Assembly (NCBI GenBank): GCA_963719495.1
Contig: CAVRCI010000015.1
Span: forward strand, 64,001-128,000
Reading direction: 5' to 3'
Source: an uncultured Verrucomicrobiae bacterium
GTDB taxonomy: Bacteria > Verrucomicrobiota > Verrucomicrobiia > Chthoniobacterales > JAATET01
Length of the DNA stretch: 64,000 nucleotides
Shown here: positions 57,571 through 64,000 of the stretch, one piece after another
Numbering within the stretch: the first letter of the stretch is position 1
Layout of the letters: every line of letters starts with the position of its first letter
Program-made: the position numbers and the translations under genes
The notes under the pieces: model-generated
Databases searched by the model: none
What the model was told of the DNA's origin: nothing
The model's input: the letters and a program-made list of their open reading frames with translations, nothing else

Positions 57571-59556
57571 ATGAGCCTAGATTTCGATTCTCTCACTTTG
57601 GCCTGCCGCGACGCTCGTGGTTTGGCGATCGACGCCGTTGTGAAGTCCTCGTCCGGCCACCTCGGTCTACCGCTGGGGGCGACGGAGATCGGAGCTGTGC
57701 TCTACGGTCATTCGATGCGGCACAATCCGGCGGACCCGACGTGGATCAACCGGGACCGCTTCGTTTTATCGGCGGGTCACGGCAGCATGTTTCTTTACGC
57801 GTGGTTGCACATCGCCGGGTATGACGTGACGCGCGAAGACGTGGCGAATTTCCGGCAGCTGCACAGCAATACGCCCGGGCATCCGGAGCATTTCGAGACG
57901 CCCGGGGTGGAGGCGACGACGGGTCCGCTGGGACAGGGTGTGGCGAACGCGGTCGGCTACGCGATTGCGTCGAAGCTGGCGGAGGCGAAGTTCAACACGG
58001 CGGAGCACGCCATTTTCAATCACCACGTGGTGTGTCTGGCCGGCGACGGCTGTCTCCAGGAGGGGGTTGCGCAGGAAGCCTCGGCGTTGGCCGCACACTT
58101 GGATCTCGATAATCTGATTCTGTTCTACGACTCGAATAACGTGACGCTGGACGCGATGGGGCCGGTGTCGCAGAGCGAAGACACGGGAGCACGCTACGCG
58201 GCTTACGGCTGGGACGTGCACGAGATCGACGGGCAGGACCTCAAAGCGGTGGCGGCGACGTTCGAGCGGGCAAAGGCGGCGACTTCGGGCAAGCCACAGT
58301 TCATCATCGCCAAGACGCTGATCGGGAAGGGCATCCCGGAGGTCGCGGGCACTCAGAAGGCGCACGGTGAAGGGGGGGCGAAGTTCGCGGACGAGGCCCG
58401 GGCTGGTCTCGGGCTGCCGGACGAGAAATTCTTCGTTGCACCGGAGACCCGGGCGTACTTTGCGAGTCACCGGGAGACCCTGAAGGCGGTCTACGATGAG
58501 TGGACGGAGATGTTCAAGGCGTGGGAAGCCGCGAACGGGGATTTGGCGCGCGAACTTGCCGACGCGAAGGCGAACAAGGTACCGGATTTGTTGAGTGTCA
58601 TCCCGGAGTTTGATCCGAGCGAGAAGATCGCAACGCGGAAGGCGGGAAGCGTGGTGCTGCAGCCCATCGCTCAGGCCATGCCGCTATTGATCAGCGGGAG
58701 CGCCGATCTGCATGGCTCAACGCTGAACTACATCAAGGAGGGCGGGAATTTCGACCGGAAAGATCGCGGCGGGCGCAACTTCCACTTTGGCATCCGCGAA
58801 CACGCGATGTGTGGTGTGCTCAACGGCATCGCTTATGACGGAATCTTCCGACCGAGCGGCGCGACGTTCTTGGTCTTCAGCGACTACGCACGCGGGTCGA
58901 TCCGACTGGCGGCTCTCTCGAGTCTGCCGGTGGTCTTCATCTTCACGCACGATTCCGTCGGGGTTGGCGAGGATGGTCCCACCCACGAACCGGTGGAGAC
59001 GGTCGCCGCGCTTCGAGCCATCCCGAATCTCGACGTGATCCGTCCGGCAGACCCGGAGGAAACGGCCGGCGCTTTTGCGGCGGCGTTCGAGCGAGTGGAA
59101 GGACCGACGACGCTGGTGTTGTCGAGGCAGGGTGTGCCGACGTTGGACGAGATCCCGGTCGCGGAACGCCGCCAAGGCGCCTTCAAGGGTGGTTACATCG
59201 CCAAGCGGGAACGGGGAGAACTGACGACCATCCTGATGGGGAGCGGCAGTGAGGTCCAGCACGCCATGAAAGCGGCGGAAAGCCTGGGCGATGGCACGCG
59301 CGTCGTTTCGATTCCCTGTTTCGAACGGTTTCGACGTCAATCAGAAGCCTACCAGGAAGAAGTTCTTCCGAAAGCCTGCCGCAATCGCGTGAGCATCGAA
59401 GCCGGGGTCTCGGATCCTTGGTTCCGGTTCGTCGGATTGGACGGTAAGACGGTGGCGATTGATCGATTTGGCCTGAGTGCCCCGGGTGCAACGGTGATGA
59501 AGGAACTCGGCATGACCGCCGAGAACGTCGTCGAGGCGGCTGGTTCGCTCGGTTGA
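57571..59556 (+). CDS. tkt: Transketolase
   Basis: [31 protein letters not shown] and GEDGPTH motifs. Confidence 0.97.
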   Translation: MSLDFDSLTLACRDARGLAIDAVVKSSSGHLGLPLGATEIGAVLYGHSMRHNPADPTWINRDRFVLSAGHGSMFLYAWLHIAGYDVTREDVANFRQLHSNTPGHPEHFETPGVEATTGPLGQGVANAVGYAIASKLAEAKFNTAEHAIFNHHVVCLAGDGCLQEGVAQEASALAAHLDLDNLILFYDSNNVTLDAMGPVSQSEDTGARYAAYGWDVHEIDGQDLKAVAATFERAKAATSGKPQFIIAKTLIGKGIPEVAGTQKAHGEGGAKFADEARAGLGLPDEKFFVAPETRAYFASHRETLKAVYDEWTEMFKAWEAANGDLARELADAKANKVPDLLSVIPEFDPSEKIATRKAGSVVLQPIAQAMPLLISGSADLHGSTLNYIKEGGNFDRKDRGGRNFHFGIREHAMCGVLNGIAYDGIFRPSGATFLVFSDYARGSIRLAALSSLPVVFIFTHDSVGVGEDGPTHEPVETVAALRAIPNLDVIRPADPEETAGAFAAAFERVEGPTTLVLSRQGVPTLDEIPVAERRQGAFKGGYIAKRERGELTTILMGSGSEVQHAMKAAESLGDGTRVVSIPCFERFRRQSEAYQEEVLPKACRNRVSIEAGVSDPWFRFVGLDGKTVAIDRFGLSAPGATVMKELGMTAENVVEAAGSLG

Positions 59557-59700
59557 CGGATCGAAGCTTGGGCTGGCGCAGAGGCGGATGCCGAGGGCCA
59601 GCTCGCGTGATCACCGAGGCTCCCGGTCCTTCGACTTCGGGCTAAACGATCGGATCGTTGTCGTGCCGGGCAGGATTCGAGGCCTCGGCGCATCGGTCCT

Positions 59701-59848
59701 GAAAAAAATGAGACAGGATTTACAGAATGATCGGGGATGACTTACGAGGCGGGGGGCGTTCACCCTGTGAGTGAGCGGGAATTTTGTTCGAAGTCGCTGA
59801 AATTCGATCCTTTCAATCCTGTAAATCCTGTTCATTCCCGGATTTAGG
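59701..59848 (-). repeat. ~145-bp element, copy B
   Basis: Reverse complement aligns with 46799-46944. Confidence 0.9.
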
Positions 59849-59884
59849 ATGCTTGGACTCGCCGCGCGGGTGCGATCGGAATGA

Positions 59885-59988
59885 GAGGGCAAGGCCCCAG
59901 CCGAGCCGTGACCCCGCAGTCCATTCGGCCGTTTTTTGCTCCACGGCGGTGAGATGGAAATCGGCTCGGCAGGAGCCTCGCCCTCCGG
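59885..59988. repeat. REPIN-like inverted pair of REP family 1
   Basis: Degenerate minus copy 59885-59909 and plus copy 59962-59988. Confidence 0.75.
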
Positions 59989-60283
59989 GTTTGGATTTTG
60001 GCTTCCCGGCGATGGCTTCGAGTCTGGTTTTTCGCGTCCTTTTCATTCTTCAGCAACTGGTGTGATACCCAACATCGCTTTTGAGGAGACTCTTTGGGCG
60101 ATGGGTCTGTGAATTGATTCCCGCGCGCAACCGTTCTTCCGCTCAGAGCGCGCCACGGTCCGAACGAAGGCTGCTGGCTCTTCAAAAACTCATCGCTGGA
60201 AACATTCGTTACGTGAAAAGAAAATTGTCTTGGTTGGGGCGCTCTTCGAGGCTACAACAGTTGCGTCTCATCAAACAATTCTC

Positions 60284-60484
60284 ATGAATTCCTCACCGCC
60301 AGCGACCGACACCTCCACTTCAGCAAATCCCGGTTCCCATCCGGCCCTGACGCTATCCGTTTTTGCAGTCGTTCTGGTTCTGATCATTGGTGCCGGGAGT
60401 ATGGTCTCGAAGGAGCGCAACGGTGCCGCCGCGTCGGATGAGAAAGATCTACCAAGCCTCCTGAGCAAAATTCTTCCCCAGTGA
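60284..60484 (+). CDS. Small single-TM protein (paralog 1)
   Basis: 66 aa; SHPALTLSVFAVVLVLIIGAGSMVS. Confidence 0.65.
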   Translation: MNSSPPATDTSTSANPGSHPALTLSVFAVVLVLIIGAGSMVSKERNGAAASDEKDLPSLLSKILPQ

Positions 60485-60576
60485 ATCGATCAGCATTCAA
60501 TCCGAAAACCCAGGACTTGGCACAGTTTAAGCGAAGCAACTAACGTGTCAGCAAACGCAACTTAACCCGAGCTCAT

Positions 60577-60771
60577 ATGAACCAAAACAATTCCGAATCC
60601 ACCAATCAAACCGTTGCCGCTTCTCATCCGCTGAAGACGATGATCCTACTTGGCCTCACCATTGCGATGGTGGTCGGCTCGGGGAGTTACGTTTCTTCGC
60701 TGCGGCACGAGACCGAGCCGACGGTTCAGCGTGCGACCGGGCTGTTCGAAATGGTTTTCCAGAGCGAGTAG
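60577..60771 (+). CDS. Small single-TM protein (paralog 2)
   Basis: 64 aa; SHPLKTMILLGLTIAMVVGSGSYVS. Confidence 0.65.
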   Translation: MNQNNSESTNQTVAASHPLKTMILLGLTIAMVVGSGSYVSSLRHETEPTVQRATGLFEMVFQSE

Positions 60772-60855
60772 ATTAAACCGGGGCATCCGGTGGGTCGTGG
60801 GGTCTCGCCGGATGCCTGTCAGGTTTGCAAGGTCTCGAATCGATGTTTCGAGGAG

Positions 60856-60884
60856 AAGGCTTTCCGCGGAAAGTCTTTTTTTTT
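60856..60884 (+). terminator. Putative intrinsic terminator
   Basis: AAGGCTTTCC/GGAAAGTCTT stem followed by a T-run. Confidence 0.6.
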
Positions 60885-61064
60885 GCTCTGGCTGGGAGAT
60901 CGATGCTGGGCAGGGGACCGCTTGCACGGTGGACGGAGGTGAGGGGGACCGGCGGCGGCTCGGGGAAGCGCTCGCCCTCCGCTAGCGAAGGGTCTCGAGC
61001 GGTTTCCCGATGCACTCACGCGGGCGCGATTGTGGTCGCGGGGAGGATTCGGTATCGGTAGCGG

Positions 61065-62021
61065 ATGTCGATTAGGAGATTTGGATGGGCGACCGCGGTG
61101 GTGGCGGCGTTTGGGGTGATGGGATGTGCGACGTTTGACCGGCCGGTCCCGGCGGAGGAGGAGGTCGGGCTTTCGGCGCGGGACCGGGTGGTGCGATTGC
61201 AGATCTTTTTGGATTCGGTCAATTTCGGGCCGGGAGTGGTCGACGGTCGCGACGGGGAGTTCACGGCGAAAGCGCTGGGCGAATATCGGCGGGTGATGGG
61301 GCGGGATCCGGACGTGGGAGGCGTGGTTCCGTACACCACCTATGTGATCACCGCCGAGGATGAGGGTCGCGTGGGGGCGGCTGCGTCGGGTCCGGAGGAC
61401 ATGGCGACGCGGAAGCGTCTTCCCTACGCGAGTCTGACCGAGCTGCTGGGTGAACGGTTTCACACGACGGAATCGTTCGTCCGGAAGCTCAACCCCGGGG
61501 TCGAGCTTGATCGGGCCGTGGCGGGGACGCGGGTGAAGGTGCCGAACGTGGCGCGGCCGCTTCGGGTGGCGAAGTTTCCGTCCGCCTACCCGGCGGCCGT
61601 GGCTTCCGCGGTGGCTCCCCGGCGAGTCGTGATCGATCTGCGCGAGCGGTTGCTGCGCGTGATCGGCGGGGATCGTTTGTTGGCGGTCTTTCCGATCACT
61701 CCGGGGTCGAGCGAGCATCCGGCTCCGGTCGGCGAGTGGAAGATCCTGGGCTTGGCTCCGTGGCCGTGGTTTCGCTGGGACGATGGGGTGCTCGAGCGGG
61801 GGGTGCGGACGGAGGTCGCGTATCAGATCCCGCCGGGGGTCAATAATCCGGTGGGGATTCTTTGGGCTGGTCTGAACAAGCCCGGGGTCGGGATTCACGG
61901 CACGCCGTCGCCGGAGACGATCGGGCGCTCGGGGAGTCACGGATGCATCCGGTTGTCGAACTGGGACGCGGCGACTTTTTACACGTTGGTGCCGAAAGGG
62001 ACAGCGGTGACGATCCGCTGA
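61065..62021 (+). CDS. L,D-transpeptidase family lipoprotein
   Basis: Lipobox VMGC; PPGVNNPVG, GIHGT and SHGCIRL motifs. Confidence 0.93.
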   Translation: MSIRRFGWATAVVAAFGVMGCATFDRPVPAEEEVGLSARDRVVRLQIFLDSVNFGPGVVDGRDGEFTAKALGEYRRVMGRDPDVGGVVPYTTYVITAEDEGRVGAAASGPEDMATRKRLPYASLTELLGERFHTTESFVRKLNPGVELDRAVAGTRVKVPNVARPLRVAKFPSAYPAAVASAVAPRRVVIDLRERLLRVIGGDRLLAVFPITPGSSEHPAPVGEWKILGLAPWPWFRWDDGVLERGVRTEVAYQIPPGVNNPVGILWAGLNKPGVGIHGTPSPETIGRSGSHGCIRLSNWDAATFYTLVPKGTAVTIR

Positions 62022-62190
62022 TCGAGGATCGACACGGCGTGCGTCGTTTTGTTTGGCCGCAAAGAGGCGCAAAAGGCGCAAGAACGCTGACCCTTTCGGA
62101 GAATGGATGTCTTGCGAAGGTGCGAAGCCGTTAGGACGGAGGGGGATAAAATCGCTCGGGGCTTGGCGCGAGGCCATCGATCCCTTGAAA

Positions 62191-62333
62191 GGAAATTGAG
62201 ACAGGATTTACGGAATTGACGGGATTACGGTGAGGATGGGTCTATCAATTTCCCTCACTCATCGAGAATATGGGCGATTTTCCGGAAGTGACGGAAATTC
62301 AATCCTGATAATCCTGTGAATCCTGTCCATTCG
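62191..62333 (-). repeat. ~145-bp element, copy C (diverged core)
   Basis: Arms GAGACAGGATTTAC and AATTCAATCCTGATAATCCTGTGAATCCTGTCCATTC match copies A and B. Confidence 0.82.
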
Positions 62334-62361
62334 CGGTTCCAGGGTCTTTCGAGCGGTAAGT

Positions 62362-63393
62362 TTATTGGATCTTGTTGAACGACTTTGGGTCGAACGCGTC
62401 GCGGACGCCTTCGCCGACGAAGGCGGTGAGGAGGAGGGTGACGAAGAGGGCGGCGACGGCGGAGGAGGCGACCCAGGGCGCGTAGAGATTCTCGAGACCC
62501 TGCTGGATCATTTCACCCCAGCTGGAGGTCGGCGGTGGGAGGCCGAAGCCGAGGAAGTCGAGGGCGGTGAGCGACGAGATGCCGCCGACGATCATGAAGG
62601 GGAGGAGGGTGATGACGGGGGTCATGGCGTTGGGCAGAATCTGGCGGAAAAGGATGTTGAAGGTGCTGGAGCCGAGGTTGCGGGAGGCGAGGACGTAGGG
62701 CTGCTCGCGGAGTTTGAAGAATTCGCCACGGAGGTAGTAGGAAAGGCCGATCCACTGGAAAATCGCCATGACGAAGAGGAGGATCGTAAAACTCTGGCCG
62801 TAGATCGAGCCCATGAGGATGACGACGTAGAGAAATGGGAGGGCGGACCAGACCTCGATGAGGCGCTGGACGACGAGGTCGACTTTGCCGCCAAGGTATC
62901 CTTGGACGCCGCCGATCACGATGCCGAGGACGGTGCTGATCGCGGCGAGGGCGAGGGCGAAGAGCATGCAGATGCGGAAGCCGTAAATGAGCCGGGCGAG
63001 GACGTCGCGGGCGGCGTTGTCGGTGCCGAGCCAGTGTTGGGCGGAGGGCCGGTGGGGTGGCGCTCCGTCGAGGTCGAGGTAGGGGTGGAGCGGATCGTGC
63101 GGGATCGGGGGGAGGATCATCCAGCCGCCGGCTTCCTTGAAGGCGGGGTCGGTGCGGAGCTGAAGGTAGTTGGCTTCGGTGCGGTATGGGCCGCCGAAGG
63201 TCTGGCCGCTGTAGAATTTGACCGTGGGGAAGTGGAGCTTTCCTTCGTAGCCGAGGACGAGCGGGTGGTCGTTGACGAGTTGTTCACTGAAGAGCGAGAC
63301 GACGAAGGCGGTGGTGAGGATGAGCAGCGACCACCACGCCCGCTTGATGGAGCGGAACTTCCGGAATTTGTCGCGGGTGACGGGTGAGAACAC
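62362..63393 (-). CDS. Peptide ABC transporter permease (YejE/OppC-like)
   Basis: HWLGTD..RDVLARLIYGFR, LRGEF and LDFLGFGLPP..SWGE motifs; GTG 63393 chosen. Confidence 0.92.
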   Translation of the reverse strand: MFSPVTRDKFRKFRSIKRAWWSLLILTTAFVVSLFSEQLVNDHPLVLGYEGKLHFPTVKFYSGQTFGGPYRTEANYLQLRTDPAFKEAGGWMILPPIPHDPLHPYLDLDGAPPHRPSAQHWLGTDNAARDVLARLIYGFRICMLFALALAAISTVLGIVIGGVQGYLGGKVDLVVQRLIEVWSALPFLYVVILMGSIYGQSFTILLFVMAIFQWIGLSYYLRGEFFKLREQPYVLASRNLGSSTFNILFRQILPNAMTPVITLLPFMIVGGISSLTALDFLGFGLPPPTSSWGEMIQQGLENLYAPWVASSAVAALFVTLLLTAFVGEGVRDAFDPKSFNKIQ

Positions 63394-63449
63394 GGGGTGG
63401 GATGGAGCGGTGAGTGGAGTGCGGCTTCGCCGATGGGTTGGGTCGGCGA

Positions 63450-63920
63450 TTACAAATCGCCGCTCCTCGAGGGGGGCCATCTTTTTGGGGTGACTTCGAG
63501 GTTCGTTTTCGCCGCTAGAGCGCGCTGGCGGCGATCGAAGGAACAGAATTCGGTGCAACGGCATTCCAGGGCGGCGGCTACGTGGAGGATGTCGAGGCTT
63601 CGGGTGCCAATGGCGGTGGCGTGGCTCAAGGACAATTCCTCGGCTCGGCCAAAGACTTGGATCAGGTCGTAGTCGGGTAGCCTGAGGCGTCCCGCAGCGG
63701 AATCCGCAGCGACGAGCCGGAAAATTTTTCGCTGTTCGGCGGCGGTCAACTCGCCGCGGAACGTCTTGAGCCGAATCGCGGTGAGAAGCTCGATCCGATG
63801 AATGTGCGTGAACGGGAGCGGAAGCGGAGCTTGCTCGACGAGGGCGATCGCGTGATCGGAGTCGAGCTCGTCGACATACAGCTTCACGAGCACACCGGTG
63901 TCGAAATAGGCGGTCACCAT
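63450..63920 (-). CDS. VapC family PIN-domain toxin
   Basis: YFDTGVLVKLY, RSLDILHVAAA and SFDRRQ motifs. Confidence 0.9.
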   Translation of the reverse strand: MVTAYFDTGVLVKLYVDELDSDHAIALVEQAPLPLPFTHIHRIELLTAIRLKTFRGELTAAEQRKIFRLVAADSAAGRLRLPDYDLIQVFGRAEELSLSHATAIGTRSLDILHVAAALECRCTEFCSFDRRQRALAAKTNLEVTPKRWPPSRSGDL

Positions 63921-64000
63921 TCCCCCCGGGCTTCGTCGATGGTCTCGCTGGTCCGGCCCGCCGCGGGTCGCACGAGGCGGGAGCGCAGGTCGGGCCAAGC
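63914..64000 (-). CDS. Probable antitoxin, C-terminal part (5' end off the window)
   Basis: Manual frame AWPDLRSRLVRPAAGRTSETIDEARGEW*, with its stop overlapping the toxin start. Confidence 0.7.
   Translation of the reverse strand, partial: AWPDLRSRLVRPAAGRTSETIDEARGEW

Noticed and set aside
59611..60185. Short ORFs downstream of tkt
   Set aside because: They are translations of the 145-bp element and REP pair (e.g. NRIYRIERI reflects the 9-nt DNA period)

Overview
GC-rich bacterial chromosome segment, most likely Verrucomicrobiota (inferred from a PEP-CTERM protein, a Verru_Chthon-like prepilin cassette and alternative complex III). It carries housekeeping and metabolic genes (PolX-PHP, aroF, gpmI, tkt, tRNA-Val, a GH63/GH15/glucose-dehydrogenase cluster) and three respiratory modules: an isolated nuoEF pair, a coxB / subunit I+III fusion / CtaG / tri-heme cytochrome operon, and an actABCD operon with no adjacent actE/F. 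A lower-GC island (~46.65-54.05 kb) holds a PEP-CTERM gene, an IS66 remnant and a four-gene prepilin cassette. A PIN-toxin TA pair lies at the right edge. The most unusual signal is non-coding: intergenic spaces are densely occupied by several short repeat families (REP/REPIN-like hairpins, 7-nt tracts, 9-nt-periodic palindromes). These include a GxxExxY nuclease-family gene bracketed by its own 29-bp repeats, three copies of a ~145-bp element, and repeats that appear to be translated as N-termini of cytochrome oxidase subunits. All calls were made by eye without database searches. Several start codons are uncertain, and base counts are hand counts on single 60-nt lines.
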